Notes: a model not told the origin generated them from the sequence alone. DNA of 64,000 nucleotides from Anaeromyxobacter sp. (GCA_049840735.1 JASGJN010000020.1:448001-512000); one strand, 5' to 3'; counted from the stretch's first letter, positions 34,604-45,145 are shown. A program made the numbers and translations.

Positions 34604-36624
34604 TGCCCGCCCGCCCGCTCCTCGCCACCCTGGCGCTGCTCGCCGCGCTCCCGGCCGCCGCCGACACGTTCGAGGTGACGCCGGCCGGCGCGGGGGCCCA
34701 GCGGCTGCAGGTGCCGCCGGCCTTCCTCTCCGCCTCGGCGGCCGGCGACCTGGCCGACCTGCGCCTGCGCGACGCCGCCGGGCGCGAGGTGCCCTATCTC
34801 CTGGTGGCGCCGCCGGCGGCGACGCCGCGCTGGGCCGGGGTGGCGCGCATCCGGCCCATCCCACCGGCGAAGAAGCAGAGCGGCGCCGAGCTGGACCTGG
34901 GCGCCGTCCGGACCGTGACCGGGCTGCGGGTGGCCCTGGACGGCCCGGGCTTCCTGAAGCCCGTCCGCCTGGAGGGGAGCGGCGACGGCCAGCGCTGGAC
35001 CACGCTGCTGGCCGAGGAGGTGCTGTACCGCCTGCCGCTGGACGCCGGCGCCTGCGGCGAGGGCTGCGCGGGGCGCACCCTGGAGCGGCGCGTGCTGGAG
35101 TTCCCGGCGGCCCAGGTGCGCTGGCTGCGGCTGGTGCTGGACGACCGGCGCAGCCCGCCGCTGCCCGCGCCGCGCCAGGCCGAGGTCCGGCTGGACGGCG
35201 GCGCGCCCCTGGCGGCCGCCCCGACGGTGCCGCTGCAGCTCGAGGCCCGGCCCGGCGAACCCGGTCACTCCCGCTTCGCCCTGCGGCTGCCCGGCCCGCA
35301 CCTGCCCGTGCAGGCCGTGGCCCTGGACGTGCGGTCGCCGCGGCTGGCGCGGCGGGCCCGGGTGCTGGAGGCGAGGCTGGTGATGGGCCGGCTCACGCCG
35401 GTGGAGCTGGGGAGCGGCACGCTGCTGCGCGTGGAGCGCGACGGCGTGACCGTGGCCGACCTGCGCCTGCCGGTGGATCGGCCCGAGGAGTCCGAGCTGG
35501 AGCTGGTGGTCGAGGACGGCGACAACGGGCCGCTGGAGCTGGCGGCCGCGCGCGCCGAGCTCGCGCCCCTGCCCTGGATCTACTTCGAGAGCCCGGACGG
35601 CGCGCGCCTGACCGCCACGCTGGGTGACCCTGCGCTGCGCCCGCCGCGCTACGACCTGGAGGCGGTCCGGCCCGAGCTCCCGCGGCTCCACCCGGCCACC
35701 GCGATCGCCGGGGAGCGGCGCGCGGAGGCGCTGGCGGTGGAGCGCGCCTCGGTGGCGGCGCCGGATCCGACCTCCCTCGGCGGCGCGCCGCTCGACCGCG
35801 CCGCCTTCCGCTGGTCGCGCCCCATCCCCGCGGCGCCGGCCGGCCTGGCCGCGGTGCGGCTCGACGCGGCCGTCCTGGCGCGCAGCGGCGACCTGGGGGA
35901 CCTGCGCATCCTGGGGCCCGAGGGGCGGCAGGTGCCCTACCTGCTCGAGCGGCGCGACGAGCCGCTGGTGATCGCGCTGCCGCCGCCGTCCAGCCCGGGC
36001 GCGGATCCGGCGCGGCGCGGCCGCTCCCTTCGCACCGTGGAGCTGCCCGAGGCCGGGCTCGGCGGGGGGCGGCTGGTGCTGGAGACCCGCGCGCGCGTCT
36101 TCTCCCGCCAGGTCGAGGTGTACGAGACGGTGGAGCACGCCGGCCACCGCTCGGAGCGGCTGCTGGCCTCCAGCGGCTGGGCCAGCGCCGATCCGGCGCG
36201 CCCCGCCCCGGCGCTCACGCTGGAGCTGCCGGCGGTGGAGGGGCGGACGCTGCGCCTGGTGCTGGACGACGGCGACAACGCCCCGCTGCAGCTCGACGCC
36301 GCGCGGCTCCTCCTGCCGGCCTACCGGCTGCGCTTCTTCCACCCCGGGCCGGCGCTGCAGCTATTGGGCGGCGCCCCCGGCGTCTCCGCGCCGCGGTACG
36401 ACCTGGCGCTGCTGGCGCCGCGCCTGCGCGGCGCGGCCGCCCGCGAGCTGGCCCTGGGCGGCGGCGCCGCCGAGGACGCCGGCGCCGGGGACGCCGCCCG
36501 CGGCCGGCTGATCTTCTGGATCGTGCTCGCCGCCGCCGTGGCCGCGCTGCTGGCGGTGGTGATCCGGCTGGTGGGGCGAGGCGCGCCGCCGGCCCCTGGC
36601 TCCGGCTCCGAGCACTCCGGCTGA
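34603..36624 (+). CDS. DUF3999-like secreted protein with C-terminal membrane anchor and internal duplication
   Basis: Signal peptide; DLADLRLRDAAGREVPYLL / DLGDLRILGPEGRQVPYLL and EDGDNGPL / DDGDNAPL repeats; PRYDL; C-terminal TM; TGATG coupling to DUF2339. Confidence 0.8.
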   Translation: MPARPLLATLALLAALPAAADTFEVTPAGAGAQRLQVPPAFLSASAAGDLADLRLRDAAGREVPYLLVAPPAATPRWAGVARIRPIPPAKKQSGAELDLGAVRTVTGLRVALDGPGFLKPVRLEGSGDGQRWTTLLAEEVLYRLPLDAGACGEGCAGRTLERRVLEFPAAQVRWLRLVLDDRRSPPLPAPRQAEVRLDGGAPLAAAPTVPLQLEARPGEPGHSRFALRLPGPHLPVQAVALDVRSPRLARRARVLEARLVMGRLTPVELGSGTLLRVERDGVTVADLRLPVDRPEESELELVVEDGDNGPLELAAARAELAPLPWIYFESPDGARLTATLGDPALRPPRYDLEAVRPELPRLHPATAIAGERRAEALAVERASVAAPDPTSLGGAPLDRAAFRWSRPIPAAPAGLAAVRLDAAVLARSGDLGDLRILGPEGRQVPYLLERRDEPLVIALPPPSSPGADPARRGRSLRTVELPEAGLGGGRLVLETRARVFSRQVEVYETVEHAGHRSERLLASSGWASADPARPAPALTLELPAVEGRTLRLVLDDGDNAPLQLDAARLLLPAYRLRFFHPGPALQLLGGAPGVSAPRYDLALLAPRLRGAAARELALGGGAAEDAGAGDAARGRLIFWIVLAAAVAALLAVVIRLVGRGAPPAPGSGSEHSG

Positions 36625-36812
36625 CCTGACGGCGCACGTCCGGTGCCCACCTTCCCGCGGTGGGGTCAGCTCGCCCAGGTCCGGGAGGTCTGCGCGGTGC
36701 CTGTGGTCCTGACCCGGGTCAGCCCGAGACCCGTGCAATCCGACCTGTCGGACGCAGGGCGTCACCAGGCAAGTCGCCCACTTGCGGGCAGGGACACCCT
36801 CCGGACCGCCGC

Positions 36813-36827
36813 TTGCAAACGCTTGCG
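36813..36827. promoter_or_regulatory. LacI-family operator-like site upstream of hemerythrin
   Basis: TTGCAAACGCTTGCG, 14/15 identical to the site at 41512-41526. Confidence 0.5.
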
Positions 36828-36842
36828 GGAGAAGGACTCGCC

Positions 36843-37259
36843 ATGCCCATCCACTGGAACGCCCAGCTCGCGGTCGGGGTCGAGGACATCGACCAGCAGC
36901 ACCGGGAGCTGTTCGGTCGGATCAACGCCCTCCTGGCCGCCCTCTCCGAGCACCAGGGCAAGGATGAGCTGGACGGGCTGGTCACGTACCTCCAGGCGTA
37001 CGTGGACGAGCACTTCCGGGCCGAGGAGCGGCTCATGAAGACCAGCGGCTTCCCGGAGCGCGTCGCGCACTGCGGCGAGCACGCGGTCTTCGAGAAGGAG
37101 TGCGTGGCCCTGGCCGCCGCGCTGCGCGAGGAGGGGCCGGCCTCGCACCTGGCGGTCCGGGCCAGCCGCATCCTGGTGGACTGGCTGCGCCAGCACGTGC
37201 TGACGCGCGACCGCGCGCTGGGCGCCTACCTGACCGGCTCGCGGCGCACGGTCGCCTGA
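36843..37259 (+). CDS. Bacteriohemerythrin
   Basis: W...GVEDIDQQH, HFRAEE, HCGEH, WLRQHVLTRD iron ligands. Confidence 0.93.
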   Translation: MPIHWNAQLAVGVEDIDQQHRELFGRINALLAALSEHQGKDELDGLVTYLQAYVDEHFRAEERLMKTSGFPERVAHCGEHAVFEKECVALAAALREEGPASHLAVRASRILVDWLRQHVLTRDRALGAYLTGSRRTVA

Positions 37260-37320
37260 GCCAGGGTCCTCGCGCGCGCACCGACGGGCCGCGGCCCGGC
37301 TGCGTGCACACCCTGCAGGC

Positions 37321-37713
37321 ATGGCGCACGACCCGGGCCTGGAGACCGCCCCCTACACGCTGCGCTTCACCGCCTCCAGCCGCGCCGCCCGGCTGGCCGC
37401 CACCGCCCTGGGGGCCTGGCTGATCGCCTCGGTCTTCCTGTGGCCGCACGCCACCGACGAGCGCTTCAACGACGTGGTGGTCGGGCTGGTGGTGCTGATG
37501 TTCGCGCCGGCGGCGCTGTGGGCGCCCGCGCTCCGGTGGGTGAACACCTTCGCCGCCGCCTGGCTGCTCCTCTCGGCGGTCGCCTTCAAGCACTTCGGCA
37601 CGCTCAACCAGCTGCACGACCTGGCGGTCGGCCTGGCCCTGCTCGTGCTCTCCTTCATCCACGGCCGCCGCCTGGCGGGCTCGCAGGAGGATCTGGCAGA
37701 GGCGAGGAGCTAG
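37321..37713 (+). CDS. Small SPW-repeat-like membrane protein
   Basis: Four hydrophobic helices, LGAWLIAS...N...VG, RWVN...AWLLLS. Confidence 0.7.
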   Translation: MAHDPGLETAPYTLRFTASSRAARLAATALGAWLIASVFLWPHATDERFNDVVVGLVVLMFAPAALWAPALRWVNTFAAAWLLLSAVAFKHFGTLNQLHDLAVGLALLVLSFIHGRRLAGSQEDLAEARS

Positions 37714-38750
37714 CCTCCCGCCGCCGCGCCCCCTCCCCTGGCCGCGCCCTGCGCCAGCGGCTCGGCCCGGACGCTCGCGACCGAGGCCCGGGCGCGGTAG
37801 GTGTCGAGCACCACCGCCACCACGATGATCGCGCCGGTCACCATCTGGCGCGCGAAGTCGCCCATGCCCAGCAGCAGCAGGCCGTTGTTGAGCACGCCGA
37901 TGATGCAGGCGCCGAGGAAGGTGCCCACCATCGAGCCCTGCCCGCCGCTCATGCGCGTGCCGCCGATCACCACCGCCGCGATGGCCGAGAGCTCGAAGCC
38001 GACGCCGAGGATGGGGCTCGCGATGTTGAGCCGCATCATGTACATGACCGCGGCCACGCCGACCATGGCGCCGGTGAGCGTGAAGGCCGCCACCTTGTAG
38101 AAGGCCGGCGTGTGACCGGAGAGCCGGACCGCCTCCTCGTTGTTGCCGATGGCGTAGATCATCCGGCCGAAGACGGTCCGCTGCAGGATGAACCGCCCCG
38201 CCAGCACCGCCCCCAGCGCCATCAGGAAGATGAGCGGGATGCCTGCCACCGTGGCGCTCCCGACGGCGTTGAACGCGTCCGGGAAGGAGAAGATGGTGCG
38301 CGAGTTCGAGACCTCCAGCGCGGCCCCGCGCGCGATGTTGTACATGCCCAGGGTCACGATGAAGGAGTGGACCTTCCACCGCTCGGCCACGAAGCCGTTG
38401 AAGAGGCCGCAGGCCATCCCCACCGCCACGCTGGCCATCACCGCCAGCAGGATGGCCGCCCAGCCGGGCAGGCCCTCGCGCGTGATGACCATCCCGCCCA
38501 CCACGGTGGCCAGCGCCAGCACCGAGCCGACCGAGAGGTCGATCCCGCCCAGCAGGATGGCGAAGGTCATCCCCACCGCGATGACGGTGTTGATGGAGAT
38601 CTGGGTCAGGATGTTGGTCAGGTTGTCGAGCGACGCGAAGCGGGGGGCCAGCAGCGAGAAGAGCAGCACCAGCAGGGCCAGGGCCAGGCCGATGCCGGCC
38701 TCGCGCATGAGCAGCTGGACGATCTGGCGGGTGCGCATGGCGGGCCTCAC
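37710..38750 (-). CDS. Sugar (ribose-type) ABC transporter permease
   Basis: GGIDLSVGS, FIVTLG, GNNEEAVRLSG, ELSAIAAVVIGGT; start at 38750 (GTG) or 38738. Confidence 0.93.
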   Translation of the reverse strand: MRPAMRTRQIVQLLMREAGIGLALALLVLLFSLLAPRFASLDNLTNILTQISINTVIAVGMTFAILLGGIDLSVGSVLALATVVGGMVITREGLPGWAAILLAVMASVAVGMACGLFNGFVAERWKVHSFIVTLGMYNIARGAALEVSNSRTIFSFPDAFNAVGSATVAGIPLIFLMALGAVLAGRFILQRTVFGRMIYAIGNNEEAVRLSGHTPAFYKVAAFTLTGAMVGVAAVMYMMRLNIASPILGVGFELSAIAAVVIGGTRMSGGQGSMVGTFLGACIIGVLNNGLLLLGMGDFARQMVTGAIIVVAVVLDTYRARASVASVRAEPLAQGAARGGGAAAGG

Positions 38751-40303
38751 GTCGCGTGCGCGGCGCCGGCCGGAGCCGGTGTGGCGCCGCGGTGCTGCAG
38801 GTGCTCCTGGTAGGCGAGCGACAGGATCCGCTCCTGGCTGAACTGGGCGCGCGCCACCTCGCCGGTCAGCTTCCCGTCGGAGAAGACCAGGATGCGATGG
38901 CAGATCCCGAGCAGCTCGGGCAGGTCGGAGGAGACGATCACCATCCCCTTCCCCGCCGCCGCGAGCCGCCAGAGGAGCAGGTAGATCTCGTAGCGGGCGC
39001 CCACGTCGATGCCGCGGGTGGGCTCGTCGAAGATCAGCACCTCCGCCTCGCGGAAGAGCCACTTGGCGATGACCAGCTTCTGCTGGTTGCCGCCCGACAG
39101 GTTGCGGGCCAGCTGATCCACGCTGGGGGTCCGGACGTCCAGCTCCTTCACCAGCCGCTCCGCCGCCGCGCGCTCCTGCCCGCGCTGCAAGAGCCCGCTC
39201 CGCGCGATCTTCCCGGGCGCGGTGAGCGTCACGTTGACCGCGCAGTTCATGTCCAGGACCAGCCCCTGCGCCTTGCGGTCCTCGGTAAGCAGGCAGATCC
39301 CGTGTCGGACGGCGTCGCGGGGCGACCGGATCGACACCTCGCGCCCCTCGCGCAGGATGCGACCGGCGGCGCGGCGGTCGGCGCCGAAGAGCGACCGCAT
39401 GACCTCGGTGCGGCCGGCGCCCACCAGCCCGGCCACCCCCACCAGCTCGCCGGCGTGCACCGCGAAGGACACCGCGTGCCGGCTGGAGGGCGGGCGCAGC
39501 GCCTCCACCCGCAGGAGCTCCCGCCCCACCGGCACCTCCGGGCGGAACGGGTACTCCTCGCCCAGCTCCTTGCCCACCATCCGCTGCACGATCAGGGGGA
39601 TGGTGGCGTCCGCGGCCCGGAGCGTCTCCACCTTGCGGCCGTTGCGCAGCACCGTGATCCGGTCGCCGATCTCGAAGACCTCCTGCAGCCGGTGCGAGAT
39701 GTAGATGGTCGTCACGCCCCGGGCCTTGAGCCGGGCGATGATGGCGAAGAGCCGCCCGATCTCGCGCGGCGTGAGCGTGGCGGTGGGCTCATCCAGGATC
39801 AGCACCCGGCTCTGGGTGGAGATGGCCTTGGCGATCTCGATGAGCTGCATCTGCGCCACGCCCAGCGTCTCCACGCGGGCGCGCGGCGACACGTCCAGCC
39901 CCACCTCGGCCAGCAGCGCCTCGGTGTCGCGGTAGAGCCGCGGGAAGTCCACCAGGCCAAGCCGGCGCGGGAGCCGCTCGAAGAAGACGTTCTCCCCCAC
40001 CGAGAGGAAGGGCAGCAGGTTGAGCTCCTGGTGGACCACCCGCACGCCGGCCCGCATGGCCGCGGTGGGCGTGCGCGGCGCGTAGGCCTCGCCGTCCAGC
40101 AGGATCCGGCCCGCGTCCGGCGCGTGCACGCCGCAGAGCAGCTTGACCAGCGTGGACTTGCCGGCGCCGTTCTGGCCCACCAGCACGTGGACCTCGCCGC
40201 GCGCGATGTCGAGGTCCACGTCGGCGAGCGCCACCACGCCCGGGAAGCGCTTGGTGATGCCGGCGAGCTGGACCTGGGGTGCGCCTGGGGCGGCGGAGGT
40301 CAC
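38747..40303 (-). CDS. Sugar ABC transporter ATP-binding protein (tandem NBDs, RbsA-like)
   Basis: GQNGAGKST, ILDEPT, LSGGNQQK, DEPTRGIDVGA. Confidence 0.95.
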   Translation of the reverse strand: MTSAAPGAPQVQLAGITKRFPGVVALADVDLDIARGEVHVLVGQNGAGKSTLVKLLCGVHAPDAGRILLDGEAYAPRTPTAAMRAGVRVVHQELNLLPFLSVGENVFFERLPRRLGLVDFPRLYRDTEALLAEVGLDVSPRARVETLGVAQMQLIEIAKAISTQSRVLILDEPTATLTPREIGRLFAIIARLKARGVTTIYISHRLQEVFEIGDRITVLRNGRKVETLRAADATIPLIVQRMVGKELGEEYPFRPEVPVGRELLRVEALRPPSSRHAVSFAVHAGELVGVAGLVGAGRTEVMRSLFGADRRAAGRILREGREVSIRSPRDAVRHGICLLTEDRKAQGLVLDMNCAVNVTLTAPGKIARSGLLQRGQERAAAERLVKELDVRTPSVDQLARNLSGGNQQKLVIAKWLFREAEVLIFDEPTRGIDVGARYEIYLLLWRLAAAGKGMVIVSSDLPELLGICHRILVFSDGKLTGEVARAQFSQERILSLAYQEHLQHRGATPAPAGAAHAT

Positions 40304-40358
40304 GGGTCCTCCGCACCGCGCGCCGGGCCGGCAGGCCACGGCGCGCGGCGCGCTGGCG

Positions 40359-41306
40359 CTACATGACTTCCTTGGCGGTGACCAGCTTCACCGGCGTCTT
40401 GATCCAGCCCTTGAGGTGCTCACCCTTCTTCATCCGGAACCCGGTCTTGATGCAGTTCTTGGCCATGTCGGGGCCGAACTGGTCGATGGTGGCCAGCACC
40501 TTGCCCTGCTTGATCAGCGCCTGCACCGCCGGGATGTTGTCGAAGCCGACCACCTGGACCTTGCCGCTCTTCCCGGCGGCGTCGAGCGCCTTGACCACCC
40601 CCAGCACCATCGAGTCGTTGGCGGCCATCACGCCCTGCACGTCCGGGTGGGCGGTGAGCAGGTTGGTCATGAGGGTGTTGGCCTCCTCGGTCTCCCAGTG
40701 CGCGGTCTTGGACTCGAGCACCACCAGCCCGCCCTCCTTGGCGGCGCGGTCGAAGCCGGCCTTGCGCATCTTGGCGTTGTCGGCGCCGGGGTTGCCCTCG
40801 ATGATGAAGATCTTGGCGCCCTTGCCCAGCTTCTGCGCCAGCGCCTTGCCCGCCAGGTAGGCGCCCTCGGCGTTGTCCGGGCCGACGAAGACCAGGTCCT
40901 TGAGCCCCGCCTGCGCCAGCGCCTTGTCGTCCAGCTTCACGTCGAAGTTGACCACCGTGATGCCGGCCGCGATGGCCCGCTTGGCGGGCGCGACCAGGCC
41001 CACCGAGTCGGCGGGCGCCAGGCAGATCAGATTGACCTTCTGCGTGACGAAGTTCTCGACCGCGTTGATCTGCGTGTCGATGTCGGTCTCCGAGTTCATG
41101 CCGACCGGCACCAGCGTGAAGGTCCCATCCTCCTTCTCGTACTTGACCGCGCCCTCCTCCATGCTCTTGAAGAACTCGTTCGCGAGCGACTTCATCACCA
41201 GGCCGACCACCGGCTTCTTGTCGGCCGCGCGGGTCACGGCCACGCTGCCAAGCACCAGCACCGCCGCCGCGATCGACGCCACGAGCACCCGACCCAGGAC
41301 TCTCAT
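40359..41306 (-). CDS. Sugar ABC transporter periplasmic binding protein (RbsB-like)
   Basis: Signal peptide, MKSLANEFF, VGPDN, ANDSMVLG, VVGFD. Confidence 0.93.
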   Translation of the reverse strand: MRVLGRVLVASIAAAVLVLGSVAVTRAADKKPVVGLVMKSLANEFFKSMEEGAVKYEKEDGTFTLVPVGMNSETDIDTQINAVENFVTQKVNLICLAPADSVGLVAPAKRAIAAGITVVNFDVKLDDKALAQAGLKDLVFVGPDNAEGAYLAGKALAQKLGKGAKIFIIEGNPGADNAKMRKAGFDRAAKEGGLVVLESKTAHWETEEANTLMTNLLTAHPDVQGVMAANDSMVLGVVKALDAAGKSGKVQVVGFDNIPAVQALIKQGKVLATIDQFGPDMAKNCIKTGFRMKKGEHLKGWIKTPVKLVTAKEVM

Positions 41307-41511
41307 CGGCTCTCCTTCGCGGGGGCCGCGCAGGCCCCCGCCTCACGGATGGGGAGACCCCATCCCATCGCCCCAGCGCCGGCGCCCCGTGCGCCGAGCC
41401 GGGTCCACAGCTGCCGGTCGGACGGCCTGCCACCTCCGGTGCGCCCTGCGACTCAGGCGCGCGCCGGCGGCGGGCCGCCGCCCCTCCGTCACGTGCTCGA
41501 CGCATGCTCCG

Positions 41512-41526
41512 TTGCAAACGTTTGCG
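41512..41526. promoter_or_regulatory. LacI-family (RbsR/PurR-like) operator
   Basis: Perfect palindrome GCAAACGTTTGC (41514-41525) with central CG, about 210 nt upstream of the sugar ABC operon. Confidence 0.7.
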
Positions 41527-41706
41527 CGCCGATCGCAGGCACCATAGCTCGCGCCCGCCGGCCGGTGCGGTCCACGACGGGTTCGCCCCACGTGAGGACC
41601 CCAGGAGCGGGACCCCTGGCGCGATGCGTGCGGCGCGGCCAGGCGCGTGACGCCCCCGCGTTCGTGCTCAGCTGGAAAGGCCCGGCGCTGGGGCCGGCGG
41701 CCCCGC

Positions 41707-42063
41707 TCACCGCTGCCCGGGCAGCCCCTCGCCGAAGGACCGGCTCCGCGCCTCTCCGGCGCGTGCGCCCGCCACCTCGGCCTCGGTGTCGGCGCGGTGC
41801 GCCTCCTCCTCGGCCTGGTCGGCCTGCCGCTCCACTCCGCGCGCCTGCTGCTCCGCCATCGCGCCGTGGTGCCGGCGCGCGGCCGCGAAGTACTCGTCGG
41901 GGCTCACCTCCGCCTCGCGCCGGTTGGCCTCGGCCACGGCCCGCAGCGCCGCCGCCCGCGCCCGCCCGGCCTGCGCCTGCGCCCGGGCGGCCTCCGCCTC
42001 CCGGCGAAGCGCCGCCGCCGTACCCTCGGCTGCCCGCTGCGTCTCTTCCCAGGACCTGGACAT
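41707..42063 (-). CDS. Hypothetical Ala/Glu/Arg-rich coiled-coil protein
   Basis: MSRSWEETQRAAE...; helical low-complexity sequence, GC3-biased codons. Confidence 0.5.
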   Translation of the reverse strand: MSRSWEETQRAAEGTAAALRREAEAARAQAQAGRARAAALRAVAEANRREAEVSPDEYFAAARRHHGAMAEQQARGVERQADQAEEEAHRADTEAEVAGARAGEARSRSFGEGLPGQR

Positions 42064-42187
42064 GGCACCAAGCTGGCCATGGGCCGGCGCAGGCGCCGCG
42101 CCCCGGGGGAGCGCCCGCCTGCTCCCCGTTGGAGCTCGGCCCCTGCGCGGGGCCGCAGGGCCCATCCGGTTCACCGCCGGTCGCAGC

Positions 42188-43288
42188 TCAGCGCGCCCAC
42201 TGGCGCAGCCCGACCCAGCCCACCAGTCCGGCGTGGTCGCTCGGCCAGAGCCCGCCCACGCAATCGTCCGAGGCGTTCCCCAGCACCTCGGCCCACAGCG
42301 GGCGGACCGCGCCGCGCACCAGCACGTAGTCGATCCGCTGCGAGAGCGGCGGCGCGGGCGGCGAGTCGACCCGCAGATCCTCCGCCCAGCAGCAGGTCAG
42401 GCCGGCCTGGGCCGGGCGGACCGTCGCCCAGACGTCGGTGAAGCCCGCCGCTGCCAGCACCGCCTCGGCCTCGGTGCCGGGGTCGGAGTTGGAATCGCCC
42501 ACCAGCACCACCGGCCGCTCCTCGCCGGCCAGCGCGCCCGCCAGCTCGACGGCCTGCGCCGTGCGCACGCCGGGGTGGTAGGCCTCGGTGTGGGTGGAGA
42601 CGAAGCGCAGCGCGTCGCCGTGTACCTTCGCGTCCACCGCCACCCAGCCGCGCTTGATGGGCAGCGTCTGCCCCATCACCGGCACCGGCAGCAGCGTCTG
42701 GAAGACCTGGCCCGCCGCGCGCGTGGTCTTCACGTCAGCGCGGGCCAGGATGACGCCGCAATCGGTGAGCCGCACGTCCTGGCCGGTGGCCACCGGCGCC
42801 TCGAAGTCCATCAGCTCCACCTGCGCGGCCACGCGGTAGGTCAGGCCGCGGCGCGCCAGCGCGGCGAGCAGATCGGCCACGTAGTCGTAGGCCACGGTGG
42901 TGGCCGGCGCGGTGCCGCCGATCAGCAGGTCGCCGGGATCCTGCACGCGCCACAGGTAGGCCTCCTGCAGCCCCACCAGCGCCGGGCCGGTGGTGGCGAT
43001 CTCGTCGGCGACGGCCTCGGCCCGGGCGTGGAAGTCGTTGGCCTGCACCATCATCCAGGCGTTGGTGGCGGCCAGGACGAAGGCCTGGGCCGAGCCGGCG
43101 TTCATCACCGGGGTGAGGTCGGCGCCCAGGTACAGGTTGCGGGACATCACGCCCAGGACATGGCCGGGCGGTCCGCCATGGGACCGGTCGGCGACCAGCT
43201 CGGTGCCGCTGGGATCGCTGCCGGCCGAGCCGCCGCAGGCCAGCAGGAGAGAGAACAGGAACGCCGCCGCGGGCCGCTGGACGCGCAT
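42188..43288 (-). CDS. Endonuclease/exonuclease/phosphatase-family lipoprotein
   Basis: Lipobox LLAC, MSRNLYLG, VGLQE, STHTE, VGDSNS, RIDYV, PSDH. Confidence 0.9.
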   Translation of the reverse strand: MRVQRPAAAFLFSLLLACGGSAGSDPSGTELVADRSHGGPPGHVLGVMSRNLYLGADLTPVMNAGSAQAFVLAATNAWMMVQANDFHARAEAVADEIATTGPALVGLQEAYLWRVQDPGDLLIGGTAPATTVAYDYVADLLAALARRGLTYRVAAQVELMDFEAPVATGQDVRLTDCGVILARADVKTTRAAGQVFQTLLPVPVMGQTLPIKRGWVAVDAKVHGDALRFVSTHTEAYHPGVRTAQAVELAGALAGEERPVVLVGDSNSDPGTEAEAVLAAAGFTDVWATVRPAQAGLTCCWAEDLRVDSPPAPPLSQRIDYVLVRGAVRPLWAEVLGNASDDCVGGLWPSDHAGLVGWVGLRQWAR

Positions 43289-43434
43289 GGGTGCCTCCCC
43301 TTCGACGAGGGTGTCGAGTCGGGCAGACGCTACGCCGGCCGCCGCGCAGGGGCGCAGGTCGCGCGGGTAGGGACCCGTGCCAGGCCCGGGGGGAGCGGTG
43401 GCCGGAGGGCCGGGCGACGCGGCGCGCCACCCGC

Positions 43435-45145
43435 CTACGCCCGGGCGCTCCCCTTCATGTCCCACTTCCCCTCGGCGCGCAGCCGCTCGACGAGCGCCTT
43501 CGCCTGCTCGCGCAGCGCCACGTAGTCGGTCTTGGCCACGCGGTTGAGCGGCAGCGTGCCGGGCGCCAGCACCTCCACGTGGCTGGGGCGCGCGTAGGAG
43601 GCCATGCCGGCGCTGGCGGCCAGCACCTCCTCCGCGGACAGCTCGGCGCCCTCGGCCCGCTCCACGAACAGGACGATGGCCTCCGACCAGATGGCGTGCT
43701 CCACGCCCAGGCAGGCCGCGGCGTGGGCGCGACCGGCCAGCGCCGCCACCACGTGGTTCTCCACGTCGCCGGGGAAGACCTGGAACCCCTTGGGCTTGAT
43801 GGTGAGCTTGCTGCGCCCCGCCAGCTTGAGCCCGTTCGCGTCGCAGCTGCCCAGGTCGCCGGTGTAGAGCACGCCGTCCTTCGTCAGCGCCTGCGCCGTG
43901 GCGGCCGGGTCGCCCAGGTAGCCGAGGAAGAGCTGCGGGCCGGAGAAGCAGAATCTCGCCAATCTCCCCGGCCGGCCGCTCCGGGCCGGCGCTGCCGTCC
44001 TCGTTCATGGGGGCGCGCACGGTCATCGGGCAGGTGGGCGCCGCGTAGCCGATCAATCCGGCCAGGTCCTCGGCGCTGGCGCCCGGCGCGGTGTAGGTGC
44101 AGAAGCCGGAGGCCTCGGTCAGGCCCAGGCCGGTGCCGATCTCCGGGGCCATCTGGCGCAGCCGGTCCAGGAAGGCGCGCGGGACGCCCTGGCCGCCGTA
44201 GATGGCGCTGCGCAGGCTCGAGAGGTCGTAGCTGGCGTAGCGCCGGTGGCTCCACTCCAGGTTGAAGAGGGCCGGGATCTGCCCGACGATGGTGACGCGG
44301 TGCTGCGCGACGGCCTCCAGGCTCTTCTCCGCGTCGAAGAGGTGGAGCAGCACCGCGGTGATGCCCTCCGCCAGGCAGGTGCCGAGCAGCTCGGTGGTGC
44401 AGCCCACGTGCGACGGGGGCAGGTTCACCAGCAGGCGATCCTCCTGCCGCAGCTGGAAGCCGACCGCCAGGGCCACGTTCTGGACCAGGATCCCCTCGTG
44501 GCAGAGCAGCGCCGCCTTGGGCGAGCCGGTGGAGCCGGTGGTGAAGATCACCAGGCACCCGTCGCGCTTGCCCACCTGGCGGCGGGCGCGGCGCACCGAG
44601 CCGGTCAGGCGGGAGAGGACGAAGCGGAGCTTCACGTCCCTCGTGAAGTCCTTCACCCAGGTCGCGCCGGGCAGGACGTTCTCCGGCTCCTTCTGGAACT
44701 GCACCCAGTCCTTCACGCCCGGGAACTGCCCCACCACCTCGCGCAGCACCGGCAGGAGCGCCGGCGCCCCGGCGTAGAAGTAGCCGCGCGGCTGGAGCTT
44801 CTCGAAGCAGGCGCGGATCTCGCCGGCCCGCAGCCGCAGGTCGAGCGGCGCCAGGATCACGCCGATGCGGTAGCAGCCCAGGAGCAGGAACACGTGCTCC
44901 TTGAGCAGCGGCAGGCTGGTGGCGATCACGTCGCCCTTGCGGTAGCCGCTGGCGAGCAGCTTGGCCGCGAAGGCCTCCGCCGCGGTGTCGAGCTGCTTCC
45001 AGGTCACGCGCTCGCCGGTGTTGTGCTCGATCAGCGCCAGGCCGCCCGGGTTGGCGCGGGCGTGCGCGGCCACGTGGTCGGCGATGTTGTCCTTCAGGGC
45101 GGCGCAGCGGGCGAGGACGTCGCGGTCCTGGGCCTCGGTCTTCAT
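43435..45145 (-). CDS. Acyl-CoA synthetase / AMP-binding enzyme (apparent frameshift near 43953)
   Basis: IFTTGSTGSPK, GLGLTE, GEI|CFSGPQLFLGY, YTGDLG, GRSK, LPLNRVAK. Confidence 0.88.

Noticed and set aside
30734..36624. 1950-aa and 1376-aa giant ORFs (likewise 51317-57235 and other long antisense ORFs)
   Set aside because: Shadow frames of GC-rich genes, rich in Arg/Pro/Gly/Ala with no motifs; only the terminal parts of the sense-strand ones are real genes
36640..36810. Riboswitch (for example c-di-GMP-I) upstream of hemerythrin
   Set aside because: Only a GGACGCA fragment matches; the GGCAAAC/GAAA tetraloop architecture is not present
42188..45145. Acyl-CoA synthetase fused to an EEP domain
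   Set aside because: Artefact of the indel near 43953; the EEP gene has its own start and lipoprotein signal
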